This document shows, one piece after another, positions 50,960-64,000 of a stretch of 64,000 bases of DNA. The stretch is taken from assembly GCF_016433145.1 (NCBI RefSeq), contig NC_058131.1, forward strand, positions 665,732,987-665,796,986, written 5' to 3'. Origin of the DNA: Gracilinanus agilis. Its lineage: Eukaryota. Both the position numbers and the translations under genes were made by a program. Numbering within the stretch: position 1 is the stretch's first letter; the number at the start of each line of letters is the position of its first letter. The notes under the pieces are model-generated. The model was not told where the DNA came from and did not search any database. It was given only the letters and a program-made list of their open reading frames with translations.

Positions 50960-52260
50960 CTGAGGAAAGGTCAGACAAATTATGGTATCTTTATTCTATT
51001 ACAGAAGAATGTAATAGAATAATATTGTTCTATAAGAAATGATGAAGAGACAAATGATGAAAGCCTGTATAAACTTATGCAGAATGAAGTAAGCAGAACC
51101 AAAAGAACTATTGATATAATATCAACATTGTAGAGACAAACAACCTTGAAAATTCTAATCAGTGCAAGGACCAACCAAGGTTCTAAGACACTGATGATGA
51201 AGCATATTACTCCACTACTACCACTACTAACAGTGATATGGTTGACTCAAGGTGAAGTACAAGATACATATTTACTGTCCATGGCCAAGGCAAGAATTTG
51301 TTTTGCTTAGCTTTACCTGNNNNNNNNNNNNNNNNNNNNNNNNNNNNNNNNNNNNNNNNNNNNNNNNNNNNNNNNNNNNNNNNNNNNNNNNNNNNNNNNN
51401 NNNNNNNNNNNNNNNNNNNNNNNNNNNNNNNNNNNNNNNNNNNNNNNNNNNAAGAGAGAAAATTTGGTTTTTAATTTTAAAAATTAAAATTAATAATTAC
51501 ATTTTTAAAAAGCAATGATGGCAATAGTACATAGTAGGAATTCAATATTTGTCCAGTCAAATCTGAAAAAGATTCCTAGTAAGTCCATGTCACTCACCTT
51601 ATTCATATGATTCATTAGGGTATAAATCACCCCAGTAGTGTTCAGTCATTCAGTGATATAGACTTTGTGGTAGCAAAGAGTTAGAAACAAAGTAGTTGCC
51701 CATAAATTGGGGCATGGTTAAATGGGTTGTGGCACAAGAATGTAGTGGAATATTACTTTGCCATATGAAATAATGAATAGCTGGGGAAGACTTAAAAGAA
51801 CTGATGCAGAATGAAGTCAGCAGAACCAAGGAAAGGATATGTATAAGAACTATGACAATGTAAGTGGAAAGAATAACAATAAAATACAAATCACCTAACC
51901 TTTCTTGGCCTGTTTCCTCATCTCCAAAATGAGTAGTTTGAACTAGATGACCTGTAATGTCTCTTCCAGTTCTAAATCTATAAATATGAAAATATTCATA
52001 GTGGCACTATATTTAGTAGCAAAAAGCTGGAAATAAATTAAGTACCCACCAATTAGAGAATGGTTGAAGAAATTGTATAATATGAATGTAATGAAATATT
52101 ATTGTACCAGAAGGGATCCATTTATGTGAATTGAAGCAGATTGAAGGAAAAAAAAGAAACCATTGGCCCCAAAAGAACAATACATGCAATGTCTACGATA
52201 ATGTAAATGAATACAACTCTCAAAGACAATAGAATTCAGGTCAAATACAATTGCTGATAT
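50960..52260 (+). mobile_element. Three old L1 ORF2-end/3' UTR fragments (50960-51315, 51660-51890, 51990-52260)
   Basis: Each carries the gaat(a/g)tagtggaatatta(c/t)...gcagaatgaagt.agcagaacc segment or a close variant. Confidence 0.75.
51320..51450. other. Assembly gap (131 N)
   Basis: N run. Confidence 1.
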
Positions 52261-52599
52261 GGGTTCCATATGACTGGTGTTGGCATACTTCATATTTTCT
52301 TCTTACGAATGATAAACCAGAAGAGTAAATAGTTAGAGGAGCTAACAGTTTTGATCTCTAAGGTGAGGTGGTTTTGCTTAATCAGTTAGTTTTTTATTTG
52401 GAAAGACATACTGTAAAGGGATGTTTATTGGGGAGCATCATAAAAATAAAATATATTCATTTTTTTATTTTAAAGGTGAGAGACGGACAAGCTAGAGGGG
52501 ACCAGGAGAAAGAGTGGGATTCTAACTTCCTAAAGTTAGACCCAGAGGATCCTGATTTGATTCTTCAATCGCTCCATTATCCCATTAGCATGAATACTC

Positions 52600-52950
52600 C
52601 TTTTACTAAGATAAATCTTTGCCTTCTCCTCCTCTGTGATTCTTGTACATGTGTTTTCATAAATCTTCCCTAGAGGATGCATCCAACATGCTGGAGGCAT
52701 TTCTCTAGTTCTTTCAGCATCACTAGGATACAGGGTAGCCCTTTGTATGTCCATCTGTTACCCTTCCTTCCCACCAAATGACTGTGCTATGTCTTTTCCA
52801 GTCATATTTGTCCTTGTTAATGGTTCTTCTACCACTCTCCCACACAAGTTATTGTAAAAAGTGGCACCCTACTTATGCCCACTAGGCATCTTTCCATTGC
52901 GCTTTGGGCCACCTGCCATTTTGCTTCTTCTGAGTTCCTGGTGTTCGTAG
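52600..52950 (-). mobile_element. RTE LINE 3' remnant
   Basis: RC encodes QSAMER and GNRWT...PPACWMHPL, matching the RTE TQRAMER and RWT...RGRPP.RW.DPL motifs. Confidence 0.75.
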
Positions 52951-53141
52951 CTGGGGGGAATGTCAGTATCCTTTGAGGAAGCAGTCAGTATGTTGGAATC
53001 ACTAAAGTATTTCATGTTACTTCATCCCAACCAAATTGAAATAAGAGGCAGATTTTTCCAATAGATTGTAAGATCCCTGGGAGTAGAGATCATTTCATTC
53101 ATTGTGTTCTTATCCCTAGTGCCTGGCATAGTGCCTAGCAC

Positions 53142-53310
53142 AGAGATGGGAGGTCCTGGGTTCAGATCTGACCTCAGACACTTTCTAGCTGTGTGACTCT
53201 GGGCAAGTCACTTAACCCCCATTGCCTAGCCCTTACCACTCTTCTGCCTTAGAACCAATACACAGTATGGATTCTAAGACAGAAGGTAAAGGTTTTAAAA
53301 AAAAGAAAAA
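53142..53310 (+). mobile_element. 5'-truncated SINE1_Mdo-type SINE
   Basis: Close match to consensus, with A-tail. Confidence 0.92.
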
Positions 53311-54409
53311 GAAAGGAGCTCTAAGAATTAGGAGTTTCACTATAGGGAACTGAAGTTTCTTCAGTTACTTAACACCCAAATTTTCAATTAGCCTCCTTTG
53401 TCTCCTAATTAACACTAATACAGAGGCAACAGAAGAGAAGATTGACAGGAGGATATGTGTCTGCAAACCCTGGCCCTGTAAGAATTATGGCATTCAGCAT
53501 GTTAGACTTGATATCAGGAAGACCTGGGTTCAAATCCTGCCTCCAACACTAGCTGTGTGACCACAAGTGACAGCCTCTCTGAGCCTGTTACTTCATCAAT
53601 AAAATCAAGGTAATAATACTGTAGTTATTACCTAGTAGGGAAGTTATGAAGCTGAAATTAAATACACACACACATAAACACACACAGTGCTTCAGAAGTG
53701 TTAAAGTTCTATAAAACTGGGAGTTGCTATTACTATGTCCGGAGTCATAACCTTCTGGCTTCAGCACCACCTCATCTATGGAGAGCTCCATCCAGGTCCC
53801 CAGAGATCTCCACTTCTGCTGAGCTCCTACAGTGCATGTTGTCTGCACCAGTCTTTTGAGATTCATCCTATTACACGATGTTGGTTATTTAGGGTTTGGG
53901 TTTGGGGAGGTTGTTTTGTTTTGGTTTGGTTTTTGGTCTTGTTATTTCAGCTGTACAGAACTCTTATTTGGAAACTCCATCCACATAGGCAGGTCAGCTA
54001 CTCCTCTGTGATTCACACTGTTAGGGTGTTGTTATAGCACGGATAGATGGAGACCTGCTTACAGTCACACAGCTGGCATCGGTAAGTCAGAGGCACAGTT
54101 TGAACCTAGCTCTCCCTGATGCTAAAACGGGCTTTCGATCGGATACTGTTAAACAGCCTGCTATTGCTAGTTGCCATTTTATGCATATATAACTCGTTCC
54201 CACAACTTGTGGACAAAAACCCTCTTTTCTTCTCCTGTCTACCTAAGAGCCCCTAGCAAAGAGCTGGGAAACAGTAGATGCCCCCTCAACAAAGCTGCAG
54301 GGTCCTCTTTCTGATATACAGCTCTGACCAGGGCACTCCCCTGCTTAGAAATCTTCCATATCTCCCTGCTGCTACAGAATGGCATACAAAATGCTCTGTT
54401 TGATATGTT

Positions 54410-54660
54410 ATGGTGGCTGTGGTTTACTCATTTTTTGGTCATGTCTGACTCCTTGTTACCTCATTTGGGGTTTTCTTGGCAAAGATAATAGAGTAGTTTT
54501 ACCATTTCCTTCTCCTGCTCATTTTATAGATGAGGAATGAAGGCAAATAGGGTCAAGTGATTTGCCCACAGTCACAGACCTAGTAAGGGTCTGTGACCAG
54601 GTTTGAACTCAGGAAGCTGAATTTTCCTGACTCCAGGTCCAGCATTCTATCCACTGTGCC
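54410..54660 (-). mobile_element. MAR1-type SINE
   Basis: gtcatgtctgactccttgttacctcatttggggttttcttggcaaagata...ccatttccttctcc. Confidence 0.88.
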
Positions 54661-55970
54661 ATGACGTGAGTTTGCCAAAATCTAACCCCAACCTCTATTC
54701 CTCACCTCATTTCATTCTCCTTCCCTTTCTTACTCTATGTTCAAACCAAACTGAACTCTCTGGTATTCACCAAACTCATGCCTTCTTAGCGTCATACATT
54801 TGGACCAGACATTCTTGTCCGCCTATAGAAATCAAGACCTTCTGTCAGGGCACAGAAGAGTTATCACCCTTTTTATTAAGTCTTTCCTGGCTACCCTCCC
54901 CTCAAACAAAAAAAATCTCTTCATTCTCAAATTTCTAGAAGAGAGAGAGACAGAGAGACAGAAAGAGAGAAGCAGAGACAGAGAGGAGAAAAGGGAAAAA
55001 GGGAAAAAGAGGAGAGGGAGAGACACATTGTTTACTGTGTTCCAGGCACTAGGGAAACCAATATAAGCAAGCAACACAGTCCCTGATCTCAAGGAACTTA
55101 CATTCTGATGGTAGAAGACAACATCTAATGGAAAGTTAGAAAAAGAGAGGATAACAGAAAGCCAGCATGGCATGGAGATGGCCCAGAAGTTCCATGGATC
55201 CCCTCATCAAGATAAGATAAGGCAAAGCTGGTCTACCAAGTTCTCATGATAGATTCAAGGACAAAGACCAAGTTAACATCAGACAAAAGATGGGAAATGG
55301 CCAGAATATAGGAACCATGGCTTCATGGTGTCCAGGAAGTGAACCTTCCAGTATTTCCAGTGCCCTCATCTTACTCCTCTTTGTGCCTGTTTTGTCCCTT
55401 GCTCCTTCAATTCTAAATTTCTAGAAGGCAGAAATTGTGTCATTTTTTATCTTCGTGTCCTTAGTACAAAATACAGTTCCCTGTTCCTTTTTCAGGTGGA
55501 AGGGGTGGATATCTGTAATTTTATGGTTTCATAGCTATAGGCATCTCTCATTGAGGAACTCTACCAATACGGATTGGCACCTCTTCTGCAATTTATATTC
55601 TTCAATAGTTGCCTGGGAAAGTGAGAAGTCAAGTGACTTGCCTAGTCTCTCAGCAAGTATGGGTCAGAGGCAGACTTTGATCCCTGGTCTTGCTGACATG
55701 GAGGCCATCTGTCTATCCACTTCTCTGACAATGCCTCTTTCTAGCATCTAGTAGAATCTTAATAAAGATTTGTTGAATTGAATGGTACAAGCAGAGGTGA
55801 GCTTAAGCCAACTCCACTTGGCCAGCAGAGCCAATAGTTAAAATTTTACTGTAAGCATTTACACCTCAGAAATTAACCAGTCTTGATTTATTGTTTTATT
55901 GATTGTTAAGATTTAAGAAAGTAATTCATGAAACATTTTAAATGCATCAAACTTTAAGAAGATATTCAAT

Positions 55971-56019
<49 letters not shown>

Positions 56020-56052
56020 CAGATAGACAGACAGATAGATAGATAGATAGAG
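55971..56052. repeat. (GATA)n/(GACA)n tetranucleotide repeat
   Basis: Direct reading. Confidence 0.97.
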
Positions 56053-59000
56053 ATACACATATACATGTATCTTTCCTGAAGGGCTGGTTATTAAAAATTT
56101 ACTAGTACCCCACCAGGTACAAGACACAGATAACAGACTCAGAGAGCTGCCTCCCCCAGTAGCAACTAATACACACTGATTGAGCTCAGAGATGTTTTAA
56201 AGTGATTGATCCTGACTGGGTTCCTTCCTGAATTTGTTCTCCTGTGGGTGACTGAGTCTCTGAAACTGAAACAAATAGTCCTTTAGTTCTATAGAAAAAC
56301 TGGCCAGAGGGCATCTCTATAAGATCATTCATTGTAGCCTAAAATTCACAGGCTAGTTCTCAGGGTGGAACCCATTATGAAGTAATTGAATCCAGACTTT
56401 TATCTCCTACACTCTTTCCTCTTCAGTTCCAAGCCCTCGGTCCAAAGGCAAACTAAAGTCTGCTGAGACCTCCTGCTGAAGCATCCCACTCTGAGAGGTC
56501 TATTCCTTATTCTGTCTTCATCTCTCCTCAACACTTTCCTCTTCTGAATCCAAGTTCTCATCCTTCAGGGCTGTGAGCTTTGCTTTCCAAGACCACAGTG
56601 AGTCAATCTAATGAACTACTCATAGGATTATAGATTTTAGGAGCTAGCAGGGGACCTTAAACACCATCTAGTCCAACCCTCTCATTTTAGAGATGGGAAA
56701 ATTGATTCCTTTCAATAATAACTGCTAACATTCATGTAACATTCTAAAATTTGCACAGCATTTTGCCTGTATTATCTCATTTCAGTCTCTTTACTACCCT
56801 GCAACTTAGGCACTATTTTTATTATTATCCCCATTTTTATATAGGAGGGCACTGATATTCAGAGAGATTAATAATAATAACTTATTATCATTGACAATAT
56901 TTATCTAGCATTTATTATATGCTTGGCATTGTGTGAAGCACTATACCACTATTACCTCATTTGCTCCTCACAACCCTGAGAGGTAAGTGCTATAATTATC
57001 CTCATTTTGCAAATGAGGAAATTGAGGCAAAGGTTAAATGATTTTCCCAGGGTCATATAGCTAGTAAGGGTCCGAAGCTAGATTTAAATTGAGGTCTTTC
57101 TGATTCTAGGCCAAGTAATCTATATTAAGTGACTTGCTTATTGGTCACTAAGCTAATAAATTTCAGGATAAGATTTAGACTTAAACCCTTCCTCACATAC
57201 ATACCTCCCTTAGAATCTCTTTTTTCCTTTAAAAAAAAAGAAAAGAAAAGAAAAAACACCTCAGGAAGTCTTTCTTTACACACACACTCACAAACACAAG
57301 TGCTGGTGGCCCACTCACCAAAATCACTTCATATTCTTTTTGTTTAGATATATTTGTTCCTCTTATTTCACCCTATAAAATAAAAGCTCCCTAAGAGTAG
57401 GGCCCATTTTATTTTTATGCTGCCATTTTATGCACTGAAGACTCTTCTCCCTCTCCATTTATCAAGTGCCTGCTCTGTCCAAGGTCCTGAGCTGGACAAT
57501 GTGCGTGCAACTTCGTCCCTGCCCTCAAGGAACTTACATTCCATTATGGGGAAAGGACAAGTACACTTATATTATTAATTATATGTTAATGCAAATCTGT
57601 CAGAAGGCATAAAAAGAGAGGGCCACAGTGCTATGAAAAAATAGGAAGGTGAGATCACTTCCAGAAAGTAATCAAGGAAGGCAACTTGGAGAAGATGGAA
57701 CCTAAGATAGGTGAGTCCTGAAGGGAAGAAAGGATTTAATAAGAACAGTTAAAATGAACCAAAGCCAGACCTAGGATAGTATCAGCAAAGGCATAGACAA
57801 AAGAGAGAATGAGGGCAGGGGCAAGAGTGAGGATAAAGAATAGATGTGCTTAGTGACAGCTTTAGAGTTGCTGAAAACTCTGCCACTAACTCACTGTGAC
57901 TTTGGAAGTCACTTGAGCTCTCTTGGCTTCCATTTCCTCATCTGTATATTAAAATAAAGTGACAGGACCTCTGAGTAGCCTTCTAGTTGTGAACACCACA
58001 ATGCATGGGCCCCATAATAAAATAAGAACTGGATCCATCCAGAAATCCTTTAACTTTTTTTCTGAGGCTAATAAATACATAACAAGTAGGCTCCATAGGC
58101 AGAGATAAATAATGACAACTCTATAGAAAGAGTGATCTCCAATGAATGCTTTGTGTGTCATGTAATATCAGAAAAATTAAAAAGCATCAAAAGATCAAGT
58201 GGGAGGAACATTAAATATGAATGAAATGAAAGTAGTGTCTCTATGAGGGAATAATGACTTTAATGAGATTTCCCCACCAAAGTCTCAGCATCATAAAGTA
58301 CAAAAGAGGGGGAAGGGATGGAAGCAAAAGAGCAATGGGGATGGGGACTAGAGGGGGTTTGTATTTGTGAGCAAGACTAGCAAATAGTAAGAAAGAAAAA
58401 GATGGGTTGAGGAAGGACCGATAGACTAGAGGGGGAAAGAGGACATGCCTGCCTATCTTAGTTCCTGATTCTGTACCACCTTAGACAAGTCACTTGATTT
58501 CTCTGGCCTCAGTTTCCTCACCTGTAAAGTGAGGGGATTTGATCTAGTTGACAACGAAAATCCCGTCTAGCTCTAAGTCTATAAAGCCAGTCAGTGACCC
58601 CAATAAGCATTTATCAAGGTCTCGGCTTTATGCCAGGCACTATACGAAGCTCTTAGATACAAACTAAATTTAGAAGAGCTTAAGAAGAGTTCAAGACCTA
58701 TTTCCACCTCTTACCAGCTTTGTGACCTTGGGAAAATCTAAATTCAGTTCCACCCCAGTCACTCACTAGCTATGTGTCCCTGAAAGAGAGATGTGGTAGC
58801 AAGAGAGCTGACGTGGGAAACAGAGATGCCTGGGTTCGAGTCCTGAATCTAACACTCGTTAGCTGTGTGACCTCGGTTGCTCAGACAATTTTCCGAGAAC
58901 AGAAGTGACAGATGACTTGCCCATTTGTATCCATGGGGGAGTTTCCTTAGTGGCTGTTTCTTACACAGATGAAGTCTCAAATCTGTACTTCCTCACTCTC

Positions 59001-59191
59001 TCCTTCAAAAAAGTGTCATAAGAGATTTACAGACAAGTGGTCATGAGTTCCAATGATAATAAGGTGGGAGGCGGGGAGAGACAGACAGACAAGATGAAGA
59101 AACAGAGGAAAGACCTACAGATAGACAGAGGCAGAGAGAGAGAACACTTCCAGGTGCTCACCAAGGTGCCAGCTTAGAACTCAAGTGATCT

Positions 59192-59327
59192 AGGGGCAGT
59201 TAGGTAGCACAATGGATAGGGGTCCAGGCCTAGAGTCAAAAGGACCTGAGTTCAAAGCTGGCCTCAGATACTTCCTAGCTGTGTGACCCTGAGCAAGTCA
59301 CTTAGCCCCCGTTGCCTAGCCCTTACC
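59192..59327 (+). mobile_element. SINE1_Mdo-type SINE, 3'-truncated
   Basis: Head and CORE match, ending at gcctagcccttacca. Confidence 0.85.
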
Positions 59328-59617
59328 AGGATCCTCCAAAAGCCAGGTGATGCCAAGGATATTATTCTTGCCCCAGATCCCCCAAGGGGGATCGTGCTTC
59401 TTATCATTGGCCAGAGTTCTTAACCTTACACAAGGACTCATCTCAAGCCAAAGCTTCAGTGTTTCGATGGAATCCCAGCATCATTCATGTAAATACTCAT
59501 TCCAAGAATGGAAATCTTAACCCTTCCATCCCTTTACAACCTCTGCTCCTCTTGTCCATCTCCTGTCATAATCCTCCATTGGAGAGCTACAGAATACCCT
59601 AGAAGTTCTCCTCTAGA

Positions 59618-59850
59618 TTAAGAGTTCTTAACCTGCGGTCTATGAACCCCCAAAGAGTTGGTGGATAAATTTCAGATGTTCCATTCACTTGGATTAGAAA
59701 AAAATACTCCTTTATTTTCACTAACCTATAACTAAAATTTGGCATTTCCTTCAATTATTTAAAAATATTATTCTAAGAAGGGGCTCATGGGATTTACCAG
59801 ACTGTCAAAAAGGTCCATAAAACTAAGAAAAAATTAAGAATCTCTGTTCT
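59618..59850 (+). mobile_element. hAT-Charlie MITE (Charlie4-like)
   Basis: agagttcttaacctgcggtctatgaaccccc...ttattttcactaacctataactaaaatttggcatttccttcaattatt...attattctaagaaggggctcat...aaattaagaatctctg. Confidence 0.75.
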
Positions 59851-61149
59851 AAATATTTTATTAGTGATATATCTGTTATCTCTTATACTTACTATATGAC
59901 CAGCTTATCTCTTTTTCCAAACCTACCTTCCACCTCTTGGATGAAATCTTCAACATCACTTCACATGCCCAAAATTGTTTGTAATATGCTGCTACCCTGC
60001 TCACATCTACCATACATCTTTCCACTCATCTATGAGTGGCAGAAATCCTCTTAATGTCTATCCAAGAGAGTTGAGATCGCTCTATCTTCCAGAAAATACA
60101 AAGTACTTGGAAAAAAGTATTCCTTACTTTGGGGTTTGTTTTTTTTTAAGAAATTTGAGACAAATCTATTTACTTAATCCTTATGATTTCCCTATGAGTT
60201 AAATTAAGTTGGCATCATTATCTTGATTTGATAGAAGGAGAAACCACGGTGTGGAGAGTTTAAAGAACTTCTCTAAGGTGACAAAAGTGAAGTGCTCAGG
60301 ACACCAGTTCAAATTATAATACTAACTCCAAAATCCAATCCTTCTTTTCCCCCTATGTTATTTCTCACTGGTTTCCAGACCGTTAAAAATTCAGAATGCT
60401 CAGAAGAACATTTTTACCCTTTAAATTCCCAGGACCTGATACTTTCTTCCTCTCACTGTAGCAATTTTTTCTGCAGAAGATCACAAAATAGAAGAGGTAT
60501 TTCCGTAAGTGGCCTGAAAATATCAGTCTATGATTTTAGGTCTTAAAAATCAGTCCTATAAAAACTGGTCATATAAACAGGTCTTCTGAAGAATCATAGA
60601 ATTATAGACTTTCAAGGATGGAAGGGAAGCAAATGACTATTGATCGAATCTAATCTAATATTTCTCCATCTCGATTTCATGGCCTCCTCCAAGAACACTA
60701 AACAGTCCTAGAGCAGGACCAGAGAAATTCTGTGTTGGGTGTTACTCAAGGACAAGATTCTCAAATTATAAATGGCAGAGTGTCAGGGGAGAGGGTGGAT
60801 AAATTATGAGGTCAAGGCCCAGGTACATGGGGAAAAAAAATCTAAAGAGAGTAAGGCAAACACACACTCAAACAAAAGTGCCATTTATATGCTGCCAATA
60901 ACAATAATAATAACATTTATATGGCACTTAAAGGTTTACAAAGCACTTTACTTATGTTATCTCATTTGATCATCACTATAACCCTAGGAAGTAGATGGTA
61001 TTATTATTATTACCTTCATTTTACCGATTAGGAAACTGAGACTGGGAAAGCTTAAGTGGCTTAGCCTAGCATGAAGAGCTAAGTGTCTAAGAAAGGATTT
61101 GAGCTCATGCCTTCCTGACCCCAATTCCATCACTATCCACTGTGCCACC

Positions 61150-62150
61150 AAGCTGTCAAGTAGTATACTAGGAGCTGGGGATAAAAAAATATATGAATCT
61201 GTCTTTGCCCTGAATGAGTTTATATTCTACTGGGGAAGAGAACATATACAAGTATATGAAAAATAAATGAAAAATAAATTACCTTATGGTGATGAAGGAG
61301 AGCACTAGCAGCCAAGGGGAATAAAGACAAGCTTTGTGAAGAAGGAAGTTAGACAGTCTAAGATACCAAGGTGAGGAGGGAGTGCATTTCAAGGATGAGG
61401 AAAAGGTAGTAAAGATGAAAAGTAGGGTACCATATGTAAGGCCAGTTTTTCAGGACTTCAGAGCATGGGAAGGTAAGCAATGCATAAGACTAGAAAGGTA
61501 GATTAGGGGCAGATTGTAAATGCCCTTAAATGCCACACAAAGGAGGAGATATTGGATCCTCAAGGTAACAGGGAGCTCCTGGAATTTGTTGAATAGGGGA
61601 ATGGCATGGCCAGATTTATTCTTTATCAAATCAGTTTGGCAGGGGACAGAATCTAATCTTTAGTATCAAGACAAGTCAGAAAGTATCTATTAATTATTAT
61701 GTACCAGACACTATGCTAAGTGGTAGGTATTTGAGAGAGAAAGTAAGAGAGCAGGGTGTTGTGGTCAGAGGGTACAGTAACAGGTCTAAATCTTGAAGTT
61801 AACCTGATTCCTAGAGATGGTGAGGCCAAATGTATGGCCTACAGGTGGCCAGTGTGGTGTAGAAAAAGGAATGGCTTGAGCTGGGGAGTTCAAGTGCTTT
61901 GAGATGCTGTCATCATGAACACGGTAGTCCCTGAGGATGGTGGCAGGGAATAGGATGAAGACTGCAAGCAAGGTCTTAAAGTCACTGAGAGAGTTGTGGG
62001 AATAACCTGTGGCTCTGTAAGTTACAATAACAAAAATGGAGAGAGTGGCTATAAAACTAGATGAATGGATGTCAGAATAGGATCACATGGAAAAGTCATT
62101 GAGAGGTGACAGAAGAGGGGATGGTCTGTAAGGGATAGCAGAAAGCATCA
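61150..62150 (-). mobile_element. L2 LINE remnants
   Basis: ctttgccctgaatgagtttatattctactgggg, gactagaaaggtagattaggggcagattgt, gggagctcctggaatttgttgaatagggg. Confidence 0.7.
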
Positions 62151-62293
62151 TATTCTCATCTTCCTAGTCCTTTGAGCTAGAACACCAAAGGATATAAAAC
62201 TGATATGAATTTAGAAGTCTTCTGGAACAATTCTTTCATTTTATAGATGAGAATACCAAAGATCAGAGGAAAATATAAGAATAGAAAAGAAGA

Positions 62294-62790
62294 AGGGCAG
62301 CTAGGTGGTTCCATGGATAGTGTTTGTTTTAAATTCAAGGAAGTGTCTAGCAGACTCCCTATGGACATGTGGGAGACTTTGAAACTACATTTCCCATGAT
62401 TCCTCATGGCAAACAGGAAGTATGATGATGTAAGAGAGAGGATAAGACTTCTGGGTCAGGAGGAAGTTGCCCTCTTAGCTACCAGGCGCGGGAAGATAGG
62501 AAAGGTAAAAATGGCTGAGGCAATGTGAATTCTTACAGGCACGTGGTCTAATGATTTTATTCCTATCAGCATGGCCTTAATTAAACTACTAATTTCTCTT
62601 ATTATATCAGTCTTTATCATTTTTAATTGTAACAATAGAAAGTTAGTCCTGGAGTTGGGAGACACTTCTTAGCTGTGTGACCCTGAGCAGGTCACTTAAC
62701 CCTGATTGTCTAGCCCTTACTGCTCTTCTACCTTAAAACCAATACTTAGTATTGATTCTAAGACAGAAGACCAGGGGTTGTTTTTTAATA
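62294..62790 (+). mobile_element. SINE1_Mdo-type SINE split by an LTR (62294-62320 and 62635-62790)
   Basis: Head gggcagctaggtggttccatggatag; body resumes as atagaaagttagtcctggag...ttagctgtgtgaccctgagc. Confidence 0.85.
62321..62634 (+). mobile_element. Solo LTR (ERV-type), 314 bp
   Basis: TG...CA termini; 4-bp TSD atag (62317-62320 and 62635-62638); actacatttcccatgattcc motif; ATTAAA near the 3' end. Confidence 0.8.
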
Positions 62791-63154
62791 AAAATGATAG
62801 AAAGGAAATGGCATAGCCAATATTTAAAACCAGGGTGTCTAATTTGAAATCTAGAGATTTTTTTTATTAGAATATCATTCCTTTAGCAGCTACAAAGTTA
62901 GTCTATTCTAGTATTAGAAATAGAATTTGGATTATTATTGCTTAAGAATGTGCTTCCATGCAGTTGCCTCTGGTGTATTTCTCTCTCTATGAAAGAAATT
63001 GGTCTTCCTGGCTCCAACCAAGAGAATGGCAATGACAATGGACCACTGACATGACGGATGCCCCTACTAAATGTCACGTCCATATTTGTACTAAAGGGGA
63101 CCGGTCTGCTCCATGTTCCCATCCTGGGAATTACATCTCCCATTGTTTGTTTGT

Positions 63155-63392
63155 ATCTAGGTGGTACAGTGGATAGAGCACTGGGGCTGGAATCAGCAAG
63201 ACTCATCTTCCTGAGTTCAAACCTGGCTTCAGATGCTTACTAGCCATATGGCCCTGGGCAGATTTACCTCAGTTTCCTCAGCTGTAAAACAAGCTGGAGA
63301 AGGAAATTACAAACCACTCCAGTATCTTTGCCAAAAAAAAACCCAAATAAAGTCAGGAAGAACTGGATACTGAAACAACTGAACGGCAACAA
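63155..63392 (+). mobile_element. MAR1-type SINE
   Basis: ggtggtacagtggatagagcact...gctggagaaggaaattacaaaccactccagtatctttgccaa. Confidence 0.9.
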
Positions 63393-64000
63393 ATTTCAAT
63401 AAATCCTATTTGAATAAAAGTCTAGGAATTTCAGTCTCACAAGAAGATCAAGCAAAGACAAGAAATTCCAGAAAAGGTGACAAGGAAGAAATGGCAGCTG
63501 AGGTCTTTCCCTGATCATCTCTTCTCCTATTTGCTATACGAGAAAGCAAAAGCACTCTTTACAATGTGCCCTGGTTCTTGTGCCAATACCTTGGCATGAG
63601 TGCCTTCTCCTGTGCTGCCATGCCCCAAAGCCCCATTTACCCAATTCTGCTGCCATGGACACAAATCTAGCATCCTGCCATGAATGACTTGATCTATGTC
63701 GCTCCCACTGTGCTGTGGAGACAGCAAGAAAAACCCAGAATGGCTAATCAGAGCCAAGGCCTGTGGTCCCTGCAAGATGCATGGAGGAAGGGTGTCACTT
63801 GGGGAAAGGGGCAGGGAGAGGGCTTGATGTTTAATTTAACTGCTTGTTCATTTGCCTTGCAATCTGTTTAAAGGACATGCCCTTTGTTCTACTACGAGGC
63901 CACGTGATTTACTGTGGCCTGGATGCCAGAAAGATTCCTTAAAAATGGCAGCTTTCAAGTTTTGAACTGAAGTAGAGTGCTCCCCTGTTTTGGTACTATG

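Noticed and set aside
56322-56334. tggccagagggcat as a CTCF site
   Set aside because: The spacing does not fit the CTCF core; the match is too weak.
62898-63243. 102-aa (-) and 61-aa (+) ORFs with a few CpGs
   Set aside because: They run into a MAR1 SINE, with no recognisable protein similarity or splice signals.
1-64000. CRISPR arrays, operons, tRNA/rRNA genes, endogenous viral coding sequence or mitochondrial insertions
   Set aside because: None seen; tRNA-like segments are SINE heads, and no viral or mitochondrial protein motifs were recognisable by eye, though a translated database search would be more sensitive.

Overview
Non-coding, repeat-rich mammalian genomic DNA from a marsupial. 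The SINE1_Mdo-like and MAR1-like SINEs, RTE LINEs and 7SL-derived element point to a didelphid opossum, most likely Monodelphis domestica; this is inferred from remembered repeat consensus sequences, not a database search. I recognise no protein-coding gene. The ORF-track entries look like microsatellite, low-complexity, assembly-gap or transposon artefacts; the only one matching a known protein is an L1 ORF1p C-terminal remnant (15536-15718, minus). The window is a layered record of L2, MIR/MIR3, L3/CR1, RTE, L1, hAT MITEs, marsupial SINEs and one solo LTR, with three N-gaps. The most notable structures are: (i) an inverted pair of hAT MITEs 109 bp apart, each carrying a CTCF-like motif, in divergent orientation (37173-37663); (ii) an RTE split by a 3-kb L1 derivative lacking most of ORF2 (HAL1-like), itself carrying a young SINE with a perfect TSD (13375-18190); (iii) repeat-poor, CpG-retaining islands that look like constrained enhancers (47090-48460, 31100-31460); (iv) a promoter/first-exon-like module at 19266-19690; (v) a diverged ~100-bp tandem repeat at 44772-45118. 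Repeat boundaries are approximate unless a TSD is given, and family names are from memory. I see no convincing evidence of a new multi-gene system.
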